From the NCBI GenBank assembly GCA_963847625.1, contig CAWKAR010000049.1:32001-96000 (forward strand): a DNA stretch of 64,000 nucleotides. The letters run 5' to 3'. The notes under the pieces are model-generated. The model ran no database searches. It saw nothing but the letters and a program-made list of their open reading frames with translations, and was not told where the DNA came from. Positions within the stretch are counted from its first letter, which is position 1. Every line of letters starts with the position of its first letter. Shown here piece by piece: positions 1 to 9,583 of the stretch. The stretch comes from a candidate division FCPU426 bacterium. Its GTDB lineage: Bacteria > Oederibacteriota > Muellerivitia > Muellerivitales > Muellerivitaceae. A program made the translations under genes and the position numbers.

Positions 1-241
1 CGTAACCGGCTAGGCGGCTGTAGATTGATTGCCGCAAAAGCGCCGTCATCGTATGTTGCGTATTCTTGCCGGTTCGCCGATCCCTCAGAAGGTTTTCCGT
101 TCTGTCAGTCAAACCAAAGGCTTCATCGAGTTCACGATAGGGAATCAACCCGCCATCGGAAGTGACCTTCGCGCCATGGAACTCCAGCTTGAGACCAGGA
201 TCAAAAACCACCCGAAGAGCGTCTTTTCCCCTTTCACCCAT
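1..241 (-). CDS. IS1380-family DDE transposase, N-terminal part (not in the ORF track because it runs off the window)
   Basis: Manual translation from ATG at 241: MGERGKDALRVVFDPGLKLEFHGAKVTSDGGLIPYRELDEAFGLT...RTGKNTQHTMTALLRQSIYSRLAGY. TSDGG and LLRQSIYSRLAGY are typical IS1380 motifs. Confidence 0.88.
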   Translation of the reverse strand, partial: MGERGKDALRVVFDPGLKLEFHGAKVTSDGGLIPYRELDEAFGLTDRTENLLRDRRTGKNTQHTMTALLRQSIYSRLAGY

Positions 242-347
242 TGCATTCCCCCCTCTCGTGGTCCCCAAAGTGAAGAAAAACCTTTGTTTGTATGGCCAAA
301 CGACGCCTTATTATACTCGAAAGGTAATTTCATCTGGGAAATCCGGG
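1..347 (-). mobile_element. IS1380-family insertion sequence, left end (truncated by window start)
   Basis: Transposase N-terminus on the minus strand. The element end reads CCCGGATTTCCCAGATG on minus from 347, next to AT-rich TTTAAA, where GC content drops sharply. Confidence 0.8.
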
Positions 348-502
348 TTTAAAGGCTTTTTAATAGGCCGATTAAAAGCAACGTTTTCGATACCTTTTAA
401 CAGTTTCCCCATATCACCTTGAGAAGGATGTTCTTTAGCAAAGCGATCTAGTTTCTTATGTTTACGGGCTTCTTGAAGCGAGAGATATTTACCGATAGAC
501 AT
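311..502 (-). pseudogene. Small basic hypothetical protein (MSIGKYLSLQEARK...), 3' end interrupted by the IS1380 insertion
   Basis: ATG at 502 lies 3 nt after the stop of the upstream ORF. The last 12 codons run into the IS end at 347. Confidence 0.5.
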
Positions 503-504
503 TT

Positions 505-1527
505 TTAATTCCTTTTTTGATGACTTATCCAGACTAAAACCCTTATTTCCTTGCATAAGTCAGTTTGTATATTGCATATGTCAAATGGACAGCCAGGATT
601 GTCGGAATTTCTTATAAATTGATCGTAGGTATCATTAAATTTATTAAAATCTCTCTCAAATACAGGATATTCAGAAAGAGCATCTTTTACCCTATTTTCC
701 CAATCAATTTTTAATTTAATTTTTTCTTCTGATGGAGGAATTTTTTTCCAATTGTCTTGATCTAGAGAACACTGTAATTCATCTTTTAAAGTAACCCCCT
801 CATCGGCCAAGTCACTTATTCTCGTTTCAAAATCTTTTTCTTTATGGGTTTTAATGGAATCAATATTTTTCATATCAGAATTACCAACATTTCCTTTATT
901 TTTTAAAAGTGAAACATCGTCTGGTATCGTAACTCCATTCATAGTTAAATTACCTATTCGGCCTTCGTTATATATCAAAGCTTTACCATCAGTTTCATTA
1001 GGTTTAGGTATATGTTTTGGTTTTCTATTTAATCTTGGTTGATAAGGCATTCGTTTCCTTGGTTTTGAATTTTGAGGGGTTGATGTTGGTTTTATATCTT
1101 GTAAAGTTGGAGTTATTTGAGGGATAGAATTCACAGAAGCAAGAGGTTTATTTTCAGATTTTAATTGAAACGCTCCCCAAATAATTATTCCAGCAACTAA
1201 TAAAAGGAAAGGACCAATCCTTTTTTTATATAAGGGGGAAGTATCTTCTCTTTCAGAAATTACAATAATTTTGCTTTGTTTTTCTTTTTTTGAAAATATT
1301 TTTTTGATTCCAATTATTAACCATAAAAAAATCGTAAAAGCACCAAGAAATATTATCAGTGAAATTCCGGGATTTATATTTTTTAAATAATCAAAATGGT
1401 GGACTAAAAATGCTGTTATCATAGCACCCGCCATAGCGGGAGTAACATTGAACCAAGTAAGAACGGAAGAAACGTTACAAATCCATTCAAAAACGCGGAG
1501 AGTTTTTTGGATAATCGTTTTAAACAT
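505..1527 (-). CDS. AT-rich hypothetical membrane protein (probable passenger gene)
   Basis: 340-aa ORF with about 3 N-terminal hydrophobic segments. Much more AT-rich than the flanking genes. Confidence 0.7.
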   Translation of the reverse strand: MFKTIIQKTLRVFEWICNVSSVLTWFNVTPAMAGAMITAFLVHHFDYLKNINPGISLIIFLGAFTIFLWLIIGIKKIFSKKEKQSKIIVISEREDTSPLYKKRIGPFLLLVAGIIIWGAFQLKSENKPLASVNSIPQITPTLQDIKPTSTPQNSKPRKRMPYQPRLNRKPKHIPKPNETDGKALIYNEGRIGNLTMNGVTIPDDVSLLKNKGNVGNSDMKNIDSIKTHKEKDFETRISDLADEGVTLKDELQCSLDQDNWKKIPPSEEKIKLKIDWENRVKDALSEYPVFERDFNKFNDTYDQFIRNSDNPGCPFDICNIQTDLCKEIRVLVWISHQKRN

Positions 1528-1695
1528 AAAAAGATTTTCTCAAATTCGTATCGGAAGTAGTAGAAAAGTTTCATGGCTTTTCCCCCTGAAAACAGGCCGG
1601 AAAAGCAGAGTGGAAATCCTTTGTACTTATGTCTAGGGGATATACGCCTAATTAAAACACCTTGCGGTGTATTTGGAACGTTTGGGAGCGAGTCA

Positions 1696-3789
1696 TTGTT
1701 TAAGATCCCCTCAAATTCAGGCGCCTTTAGCCTCTTTATCCTATATTTGCTCTTGCTGGCGACTTATGGAATTTGGCTTTCCAATGGTCTTCCCTTCCAC
1801 ATGGATATCTTCGTTTACGATTATCCCGAGCGGTTCCTGAACCTTCAAAGCCTTAAGGAAGGTTGGGTCCCCCTTTGGAACCCCATGATAGCCTGCGGCA
1901 TTCCCCACCTGGCCAACTGGCAATCCGCGGTGTTTTATCCCCCCTATTGGCTGTTAAACCTCATGGGAATTCAAAAGGGTTTGGTCTGGGTCGCCCTTCT
2001 TCACTGCGCCTGGGCTTATGCCGGTTTTTACCTCTGGGCCCGGTTCCAGAAGGTTTCACCCTGGGCCGGGGCCTTGGGCGCCCTATCCTTCGCCGGCTCC
2101 GCCCACCTCACCCTTTGCTGGGTCAACCTTCACTTTATCTCCACCGCCAGTTGGATACCCTGGGTCTTCTGGTCCATCCACCAGGTCCTTCGCGAGAAAC
2201 GCTTGCGGTGGATGTTGGCGGCGGTCGTAATCGTGAGTCTCCAATTATTGGCAGGTTATCCCATCTTTGTTTTCTATACCTGGCTCGCGCTGTCGGTTTG
2301 GCTGTTGTTCCAAAAAATTCATTTCGGGGATTGGGCCAGGATAAAACTGGTCTTCTTGATTTCATTGGCCCTTACCGCCTTCCAATGGCTCCCTTTCCTG
2401 GAATTGCTGACTTATGCCAAGAGGGGAGGCTGGAACCTTTATCCCTACTACACCCACGCCAAGGAATTCCTGACGCTCCTGCTGCCGCGCCTCCTGGGTT
2501 TCCCCGGTTCCAACTCCTACCAAGCCGACTCCGCCAACTCTTTATATGGAAACCTCTATTTCGGATTGATTCCCCTTCTGCTGTGGGTCCTCGGCCTTTT
2601 CTGGAAAAAAAGGGGATTTTCTCTTTGGAGTTGGGCCGCTCTCGCCGGGTTGGCATGGTTGGCCGGGCCTTTTTTCACGCCCCTGGGAATTTTTCCCTCA
2701 AAATTCCTGGAGCTTTTGGAACCCTCCAAAGCCGTATCGGTCTTTTTGTTCATCGCCTGCACCGCCGTTTGTCTTTCCGCGGAAGGTTTGGTTTCCGGTT
2801 TTAAGAAAAGCCCGGCCATCCGGGTGGGTTTGGCCTTGGCCGCCCTATTCTGGGTGGTGGATATAGGGCGGCTTCCCTTTAACCTGGTTTTTCCCGCGCC
2901 TGATTATTTCCAGGATTCGGCTACTGGACAGAACGCCCAAAAACTCCGGGATGTGGTTGCTGGAAAAAGAATGTTGTCAATCCAACCGCCAAACAGGCTG
3001 GAAGCCAGGGCCGAACAATTAAACGACGCATTGAAAACCGATATTTTGGGCGTCTGCGTTCAAAATTTCCTCCCGAACACCAACGCGGTCTGGGGTATCC
3101 GATCCACCAACGCTTATCTCTCGCTATACACGGACAATTCCCTGAATTTAGGTAAATACTCCAACAAAGGAATTCCTTACCTTGGGGACCTCTTGGATAT
3201 CGTGGGAGTTCGGTTGCTTCTTTTACCGCAGGCTTTGCCCCATTCGAAATTCAAGGGGCTGGGATTATTGGCCGGCAACACCCTGAACCTGAACCCCCGG
3301 GCATCCGAGGACATGAGGTGGGTCCCCTCGTCCCTGTCATTTCGCGGCCGGCCCGAAATCTTGAATACCCTTGCCAAGCCCCATAGCGGTTGGGAAAAGA
3401 GGGTTTACCTGGAGAAAAACCAGGATGACGGACTTGTTCAACTCGCGCCTTCAGGGCGCACAGCGGTATTCCCGCTGGTGACGGGTTACGACCGCTCCTG
3501 CGCATCCCGGGCCTCCATTAATTTGCCGGTATGCAAAGAAGGTTACGTGGTTTTTAACGAGAGTTATGCTCCGGGATGGCACGCTTGGTTGGATGGAAAA
3601 CCCTCTCCCATCTTGAGGGCATACGGTTTGTTCATGGCGGTTCAAGTGAGGGACAAGACCCACCAGGTGGATTTCCGTTACGAGCCTGTTTCCTTCCGCC
3701 TGGGGCTTTTTATCACCCTAGCTGCTTTTTTCGTTTTGTTGACCGCATTGGGTTATAAAAAAGCTTATGAAAACATAAACAAATCTTAA
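1696..3789 (+). CDS. YfhO-family (GT-C-like) polytopic membrane protein
   Basis: PLWNP..ACGIPHLANWQSAVFYP near the N-terminus; C-terminal ESYAPGWHAWLDG...FMAV...VDFRYEP. TTG at 1696 after GGGAG is preferred to the track start at 1573. Confidence 0.8.
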   Translation: MFKIPSNSGAFSLFILYLLLLATYGIWLSNGLPFHMDIFVYDYPERFLNLQSLKEGWVPLWNPMIACGIPHLANWQSAVFYPPYWLLNLMGIQKGLVWVALLHCAWAYAGFYLWARFQKVSPWAGALGALSFAGSAHLTLCWVNLHFISTASWIPWVFWSIHQVLREKRLRWMLAAVVIVSLQLLAGYPIFVFYTWLALSVWLLFQKIHFGDWARIKLVFLISLALTAFQWLPFLELLTYAKRGGWNLYPYYTHAKEFLTLLLPRLLGFPGSNSYQADSANSLYGNLYFGLIPLLLWVLGLFWKKRGFSLWSWAALAGLAWLAGPFFTPLGIFPSKFLELLEPSKAVSVFLFIACTAVCLSAEGLVSGFKKSPAIRVGLALAALFWVVDIGRLPFNLVFPAPDYFQDSATGQNAQKLRDVVAGKRMLSIQPPNRLEARAEQLNDALKTDILGVCVQNFLPNTNAVWGIRSTNAYLSLYTDNSLNLGKYSNKGIPYLGDLLDIVGVRLLLLPQALPHSKFKGLGLLAGNTLNLNPRASEDMRWVPSSLSFRGRPEILNTLAKPHSGWEKRVYLEKNQDDGLVQLAPSGRTAVFPLVTGYDRSCASRASINLPVCKEGYVVFNESYAPGWHAWLDGKPSPILRAYGLFMAVQVRDKTHQVDFRYEPVSFRLGLFITLAAFFVLLTALGYKKAYENINKS

Positions 3790-3804
3790 GCTAAGGCTTA
3801 TTTA

Positions 3805-3921
3805 AACTGGGGTTGTACGTTGGCCCTTTGGGCCAAGTATGGTTGGCCTGTATTTCAGGACAACTACTTCAAGCCTGTCATAACCACCCCGCTATTCGCG
3901 GGGCATTCCTCGCATGCCAGC
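3805..3921 (+). repeat. ~117-nt structured dispersed element, copy 1
   Basis: About 90% identical to the reverse complement of 24530-24645; three hairpins. Confidence 0.9.
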
Positions 3922-4012
3922 CTTCCATAAAACTAATATGGAGGCTGGTATCGTACCGATCTCCATTTAATTTTTATGGAGGGTCGGCACAATGACATCA
4001 ATAGATTTTATT

Positions 4013-5041
4013 TTAAGGTAATTGATCCGGGGCAAGGTCCACTTCTTTCAAGGCGGCTTTCAATCCTCCCACCACGTCCTTGGGAACGTCCAAGGCCCAG
4101 AAATCCAGGAAGAAAAGCCTCGGGTTCTCATGGACCAGCCGGTGGTGGATGGCCGTCACGGTGATCCGGTTCTGGGTGAGGGCTTCCACGACGGGTTCCA
4201 ACTCTTCCGAAGTCAGGACAAACTCCCCCGACGCCGCCAAGAGTTTCCCCTTGGGTTGGAACTGGATCGTGATGGCCGTGCCCATCCAGGGGGGAATTTC
4301 TTCCCCGTCCTCCAGGATTACCCCCGCCCTGGAAAAATGGTATTTCATCAATCCCCCGTCCTCTTGTCCCTCTCCCAGGGTGGCTTTCAGGGCGGCCCAA
4401 ACGCGTTTCGGGGAGATGCCCTCGGTCGGGGTGGGTGTGGAAAGGATTTTTCCCCCCAGGGAAAGAGATGGCCGCGTTGGAAGCGGCTTCGCTCCGGGGG
4501 AAACGGGGGTCCCGGTGTGATAGAGGGCTTCCCGCAGCGTCTCCGCCAGCCGGGATCTGGCTCCCTGGGCGGTGAAAGAGAGGCATTCCAGGGCCGGGGA
4601 CTCGTGCAATAGGGGATGGCTGAGTCCTGTCACCTGGAAACCGTGCCGGATCAGGGTCAGAATTACGTTCGGGACCTCCTGGTCCAGTAATACCAGGTTT
4701 CCCAGAAGGAGGGTGCCTTTGGCCGGTTTACGCGGGGCTTTTTCGGCGTTATTCCCTTCTTTCCCGGCCTTTTCCCCCGCCTGGTCGGTTGGCTTTTCCA
4801 GGGTTTGGATTCCCCGGATGGGTTTGAAGGCAAACCAGCTGGTGGTGGCCAACCCCGGGTCCATGGACACGCCTGAAACCAGCACGTTCAAGTCCACCCG
4901 GGGGATCGAGATCCTCAAGACATCCCCTTCCACCACCCCTGACTGGCCCAGGATCTTCTCAACCGACTGCCACTCGGAACAGGCCCCGGCCGGGGGAAAA
5001 AAAACCCAGGCGAGAAGGGTAAGCATGATCCAAATTTTCAT
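4013..5041 (-). CDS. Secreted DUF1259 (LppY/LpqO-like) two-repeat protein
   Basis: ATG at 5041 after GAGGA, signal peptide MKIWIMLTLLAWVFF. Repeats with PRVDLNV, GNLVLLDQEV / GEFVLTSEEL and TAIHHRLVHENPRLFFL. The track's start at 5359 is an over-extension. Confidence 0.8.
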   Translation of the reverse strand: MKIWIMLTLLAWVFFPPAGACSEWQSVEKILGQSGVVEGDVLRISIPRVDLNVLVSGVSMDPGLATTSWFAFKPIRGIQTLEKPTDQAGEKAGKEGNNAEKAPRKPAKGTLLLGNLVLLDQEVPNVILTLIRHGFQVTGLSHPLLHESPALECLSFTAQGARSRLAETLREALYHTGTPVSPGAKPLPTRPSLSLGGKILSTPTPTEGISPKRVWAALKATLGEGQEDGGLMKYHFSRAGVILEDGEEIPPWMGTAITIQFQPKGKLLAASGEFVLTSEELEPVVEALTQNRITVTAIHHRLVHENPRLFFLDFWALDVPKDVVGGLKAALKEVDLAPDQLP

Positions 5042-5249
5042 CCAGTCCTCCTGCCCGGGACAATCCCGTCCCCGGAATGTTAACTCCAGGTAAATGACCC
5101 GGGGTATTGATCTATTTTTCCCTTGAAGTATATCCTCTCGCGTGGCCGGCGCGCCTCCATTTAAAAAACTTTTTTCTTTTCCATCGGCCCGCGCGGACTT
5201 ATGATTTTCTAGAGTTTCTGATCCTTCAACTTCAATAAGGCGGATGCCG

Positions 5250-5325
5250 ACGTCCGGCGTCTTCCACCACTCAACCCGGAACCCCCGAAAGGGTTTCGCA
5301 GCTGGGCTCATCCTAATCCGGTGAA
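5250..5325 (+). promoter_or_regulatory. Structured 5' leader, candidate riboswitch upstream of the ABC permease
   Basis: CCGG(5254)...CCGG(5318) can close a structure containing hairpin CGGAACCC-CCGAAA-GGGTTTCG and a CTCA/TGGG pairing, ending 20 nt before the ATG. Confidence 0.35.
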
Positions 5326-5340
5326 AAAGGCTTCCGAGCC

Positions 5341-7128
5341 ATGGATCGAAAAAATACAAGCGGCAGAAAAGGGCCCTATTCCATCGGAAAAATCTGGGGC
5401 GAAGCCACTTCCTTCCTCACCCGCTACCATAAGATCTGGTGGATTGACCTCTCCCTCCTCCTGGGACTGATCGGTCTCATCTTCGGCATCATGGACGTGG
5501 CCGGCGAGTGGACCGGCATGCACCGGCCCACTGTGGAAATCGACCTGTCCCCTTGGGCCCTTCCCAAGTACACTTTCTTTTCCCTCTGCCGGGGCCTTTT
5601 GGCCTATCTCATCTCCCTGGGTTTCACCCTGGTTTACGGTTATTGGGCGGCGAAGGACCACGTGGCGGAAAAGGTGCTCATCCCCATGCTGGACATCCTG
5701 CAAAGCATCCCGGTCCTGGGTTTCATGCCGGGCCTGGTGCTGGCCCTCATGGCCATATTTCCCACGAGCAACATCGGGCTGGAATTGGCTGCGGTCATCA
5801 TGATCTTCACGGGCCAGGCCTGGAACATGACCTTCAGCTTCTACCAGTCCCTGAGGTCTATCCCCCAGTATCTCCAGGAGGCGGCGGCCGTCTACAAGTT
5901 CAACTGGCTTCAAAAATCCCTGAAATTGGAGCTTCCCTTTTCGGCCATCGGCCTGATCTGGAACAGCATGATGAGCATGGCGGGCGGCTGGTTCTTCCTG
6001 ACCGTCAGCGAGGCCTTCCAGCTGGGGGACAAGGATTTCCGCCTCCCGGGTCTGGGCTCCTACATGAGCGTGGCCAACGACCGTGGAGACGGCTGGGCCA
6101 AGGTTTGGGGCATTATCGCCATGGTGACCATGATCGTGTTCTTGGACCAGTTCCTCTGGCGGCCCCTGGTGGTTTGGGGCCAGAAGTTCCGGGTGGAGGA
6201 AGGCGGCGCCGAAGAGAGCATGCATTCCTGGTTCCTGGAATTCCTCGAGCGTTCCCATATCATCCATATTCTTGGCCGTCTTTTCCGGCGCAAACCCAAA
6301 CCTTACGCGGCATCCCCGTCCCCCGGCAACATTCGGGTCGAGCCCGCAATGCCCCCGTCCCCAGGCGCACCAAACAATCTGGTAAAAACCGTTTCCATCC
6401 TGGCTTTCACTTCCCTGGTGGCGGTCATGCTATATGGCGCCTGGAAAATCCTGCTTCTTTTCACCCAGGTCCACCTGGCCCAGTGGGGGCTGATCGTGGG
6501 GGAGGCCTCGGCGAGCCTGGGGCGCGTCTTGACGGCGGTGGGGCTTTCGGCCCTCTGGGCGATACCCGTGGGGCTTTGGATCGGGCTTTCACCCCGGCTT
6601 TCCCGCGTGGCCCAGCCTTTCGTCCAGGTGGCGGCGTCTTTCCCCGCCCCCATGCTCTTTTCCTATGTCATCATCATCCTGAAATTCATGGGGATCTCCT
6701 TGAACTGGGGCAGTATCGCGCTCATGATCCTGGGCGCCCAGTGGTATATTCTCTTCAACGTGGTGGCCGGGGCCATGGCCATCCCCTCGGACCTGCTGGA
6801 GGCGGCCCGCTTGTACCGCATGAAAGGATGGGACCTTTTTTGGAAAGTCAAAATGCCCGGCATTTTCCCTTACCTGGTCACAGGCATGGTGACCTCGGCG
6901 GGCGGCACCTGGAATGCCAGCATCGTGGCAGAATACGTGACGGACAAGGGACAGACCTTGACGGCCTACGGCCTGGGTTCCCAGATCAGCATCGCCGCCA
7001 GCAGATCCGATTTCCCCATGCTGGCGGCCAGCGTGGTGGTCATGTCGTTGATGGTGGTGACTTTCAATCGGCTGGTCTGGAAGAGGCTTTATCACCTGGC
7101 CGAGGAGAAGTACTCTTTAAGCAAATGA
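5341..7128 (+). CDS. NitT/TauT-family ABC transporter permease with two fused TM domains
   Basis: LDILQSIPVLGFMPG, IFTGQAWNMTFSFYQSL, and two EAA motifs (LQEAAAVY, LLEAARLY). Confidence 0.9.
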   Translation: MDRKNTSGRKGPYSIGKIWGEATSFLTRYHKIWWIDLSLLLGLIGLIFGIMDVAGEWTGMHRPTVEIDLSPWALPKYTFFSLCRGLLAYLISLGFTLVYGYWAAKDHVAEKVLIPMLDILQSIPVLGFMPGLVLALMAIFPTSNIGLELAAVIMIFTGQAWNMTFSFYQSLRSIPQYLQEAAAVYKFNWLQKSLKLELPFSAIGLIWNSMMSMAGGWFFLTVSEAFQLGDKDFRLPGLGSYMSVANDRGDGWAKVWGIIAMVTMIVFLDQFLWRPLVVWGQKFRVEEGGAEESMHSWFLEFLERSHIIHILGRLFRRKPKPYAASPSPGNIRVEPAMPPSPGAPNNLVKTVSILAFTSLVAVMLYGAWKILLLFTQVHLAQWGLIVGEASASLGRVLTAVGLSALWAIPVGLWIGLSPRLSRVAQPFVQVAASFPAPMLFSYVIIILKFMGISLNWGSIALMILGAQWYILFNVVAGAMAIPSDLLEAARLYRMKGWDLFWKVKMPGIFPYLVTGMVTSAGGTWNASIVAEYVTDKGQTLTAYGLGSQISIAASRSDFPMLAASVVVMSLMVVTFNRLVWKRLYHLAEEKYSLSK

Positions 7129-7130
7129 TT

Positions 7131-7208
7131 CCCAAGGCGGGTTCCGCCTTGGGAGTTAGAAGTTAGCAGTTGTTGAAGGAAATTCCTAACTTCTAACTAC
7201 TCACTGAT
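7131..7208. repeat. Intergenic hairpin plus heptad inverted repeat
   Basis: CCCAAGGCGG-gtt-CCGCCTTGGG (7131-7153); AGTTAGAAGTTAG (7154-7166) pairs with CTAACTTCTAACT (7186-7198). Confidence 0.8.
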
Positions 7209-7233
7209 AATCTATTTCGTTGTGGGGGTGGCT

Positions 7234-8748
7234 ATGGCGGTGAACCTAACGGAAGTCCAGGCCAAGCAGAAATTGATTGAGGTCAAAAACGTCAGCCAGG
7301 AATTCACGCTCCCCAACGGCAAATCCTTGAAGGTCCTGGAGGACATCAACTTTTGCGTGAATTCCAGGGAAGTCGTGGCGTTCCTGGGGCCGTCCGGTTG
7401 CGGGAAGTCCACGCTTCTTCGCATCCTGGCGGGATTGATCCCCCCCACCCACGGCCAGGTTTTCTACCATGACCGCCCCTTGAATGGCTTGAACACCGGG
7501 GTTTCCATCGTTTTCCAAAGTTTCGCCCTTTTTCCCTGGATGACGGTTATGGAAAATATCCAGACCGCTCTGAAATCCCGCGGTTTCCCCGCGGGCGAGA
7601 TCGATGACCGGGCCCAAAAGGCCGTCCAGATGGTGGGTCTGGCCGGATTCGAGGATACCTACCCCCGGGAGCTTTCCGGTGGCATGAAGCAGCGCGTCGG
7701 CATCGCCCGGGCCCTGTCGGTGGACCCGGAGATCCTCTTCATGGACGAGCCCTTCAGCCATGTGGACGCCTTGACCGCCGAGTCCCTGCGGGCGGAAGTC
7801 ATCGACATCTGGGCCGCCCAGGACCGCAACCCCTCCTCCATCCTCATGGTCAGCCACGACATCCCCGAAGTGGTTTACATGGCCGACCGCATCATCCTGC
7901 TTTCCGCTAACCCGGGGAAACTCGTGAAAATCGTCGAGAACCCCCTTCCCCGACCCCGGGACTACCGCTCGCCTGACTTCAACCGCCTGGTGGAGCAACT
8001 GCACGAAATCATCACGGGTCATGAGATCCCCGACGTGCCCCAACTGGAACTGATTCCCAACGAGATGCCGCCGGCCGAGTCCCTTCCCGACACCCTGCCG
8101 GGGGAGATCGTGGGCGTGCTGGAATACCTGGACGCCCGCGAGGGGCGCGAGGATGTGTTCCGGATCGCTGCGGAAACCGACAAGGAATTCGGCTCCGTCA
8201 TCAAGGCCGTCAAGGCCGCTGAGCTCCTGGATTTCGTGGACACTCCCAAGCGCATGGTAGTGCTGACGTCCGAAGGCCAGCGCTTCATGAAGGCCATGAG
8301 CCAGGAACGGCAGACCATCTGGAAGGAACAGCTCCTGAAGCTGAGGCTTTTCAAACAGGTGAACGACATGCTTTCCAAGCACCCCCGCATGAAACTGAAC
8401 GCGGAACTGGTGCAGGAAGTCATCATCTTCAACCTGCCCGCTGAGAATTACGAGAAAACCTTCGAGACTTTCGTGCAATGGGCCATGTACGGGAACCTCT
8501 TCGCCTATGACGAGGATTCCCAGAAACTTTTCTTCCCCCGTAAACGGCCTTCCAAGTCGAGGCCGAAGGGTGATGAGAAACAGGTTGCCAACGGAAAGGC
8601 GCCCGAAGCCAAAACCGATGTCCAGGCACCGACAGGACTCTCTTCCAATGGGGCGGAGGCCAAGACCGAGAAGTCCCTTCCTCTTCTTGAAACACCTGCT
8701 TCGTCCGAAACTCCTCCTGCAGGGGATTCCACCCTTCCCAAGACCTGA
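7234..8748 (+). CDS. NitT/TauT-family ABC ATP-binding protein with C-terminal AAA-associated domain
   Basis: Walker [10 protein letters not shown], signature LSGGMKQR, Walker B LFMDEPF, H-loop VSHD, followed by a ~170-aa extra domain and a low-complexity tail. Confidence 0.92.
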   Translation: MAVNLTEVQAKQKLIEVKNVSQEFTLPNGKSLKVLEDINFCVNSREVVAFLGPSGCGKSTLLRILAGLIPPTHGQVFYHDRPLNGLNTGVSIVFQSFALFPWMTVMENIQTALKSRGFPAGEIDDRAQKAVQMVGLAGFEDTYPRELSGGMKQRVGIARALSVDPEILFMDEPFSHVDALTAESLRAEVIDIWAAQDRNPSSILMVSHDIPEVVYMADRIILLSANPGKLVKIVENPLPRPRDYRSPDFNRLVEQLHEIITGHEIPDVPQLELIPNEMPPAESLPDTLPGEIVGVLEYLDAREGREDVFRIAAETDKEFGSVIKAVKAAELLDFVDTPKRMVVLTSEGQRFMKAMSQERQTIWKEQLLKLRLFKQVNDMLSKHPRMKLNAELVQEVIIFNLPAENYEKTFETFVQWAMYGNLFAYDEDSQKLFFPRKRPSKSRPKGDEKQVANGKAPEAKTDVQAPTGLSSNGAEAKTEKSLPLLETPASSETPPAGDSTLPKT

Positions 8749-8848
8749 TCCGCCCAAGGACGATCCTTTCAGCCGGTGAAATTCGTTTTTTTTGCCGATG
8801 ACGGTGTTAAACTGTCGGCGTTTTCAACTTTCGTTTGAAAGGGCATCC

Positions 8849-9517
8849 ATGGAATACATCCATTACGCGGTTAATTTCTTCCTGCACCTGGATAAAAATC
8901 TAGCCGATATTGCGGCAGCTCATGCCCAGTCCATTTACGGTTTGTTGTTTTTGGTGATTTTCTGCGAAACGGGTCTGGTGGTGACTCCCTTCCTCCCGGG
9001 GGATTCCCTGCTGTTCGCGGTGGGAGCGCTGACGGCGGCTAGTAACAGTCCGTTGCCCCTGCCCATTTGGGCGGTCTATGGCCTGCTGACCCTAGCGGCC
9101 CTCCTGGGCGACAACAGCAACTACTGGATCGGCCGGTACTTCGGGCCCAATGTCTTCGGAAGACTCATGAACCAGAAGCACTTGAACCGCACGCACGAGT
9201 TCTACGAGAAGCATGGCGTTTTGACTCTGGTGATCGCCCAGTTCGTCCCCATCATCCGTACCTTCGCGCCCTTCGTGGCGGGCATCGGGGACATGACCTA
9301 CGGGAAGTTCCTCAGGTTTAATTTCATGGGGGTCTTCCTCTGGACAACGCTTTTCGTCTGGACGGGATACTTCTTTGGCAACCTGGATTTCGTGAAAGCC
9401 AACTTCCATTACGTCATCCTGGGCATCATCGTGGTTTCGGTGATTCCGATTATTATCGAGTTGGCCAAGCAATTCAGGGGCAAACCTGAGGCCCCCTCCC
9501 GCAGGAAAAGGGGTTAG
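8849..9517 (+). CDS. dedA: DedA-family membrane protein
   Basis: LFLVIFCETGLVVTPFLPGDSLLF, GDNSNYWIGR, FVPIIRTFAPFVAG. Confidence 0.92.
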   Translation: MEYIHYAVNFFLHLDKNLADIAAAHAQSIYGLLFLVIFCETGLVVTPFLPGDSLLFAVGALTAASNSPLPLPIWAVYGLLTLAALLGDNSNYWIGRYFGPNVFGRLMNQKHLNRTHEFYEKHGVLTLVIAQFVPIIRTFAPFVAGIGDMTYGKFLRFNFMGVFLWTTLFVWTGYFFGNLDFVKANFHYVILGIIVVSVIPIIIELAKQFRGKPEAPSRRKRG

Positions 9518-9583
9518 CCCAACGGCTCATGTGGGTGTCGCCTTCGCGGCCAGGGGTATTCCCGCTGGTAAAAAATAAAACAA

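Noticed and set aside
29..422. Plus-strand ORFs 29-352 and 162-422
   Set aside because: Antisense to the IS1380 transposase and its end.
5042..5359. N-terminal extension of the DUF1259 ORF in the track
   Set aside because: Signal peptide and RBS point to ATG 5041; the extension spans the divergent promoter region and overlaps the permease start.
5308..8757. Long overlapping ORFs 5308-6267, 5508-7166 and 7246-8757
   Set aside because: Alternate-frame or antisense shadows of the high-GC3 ABC genes with no recognisable motifs.
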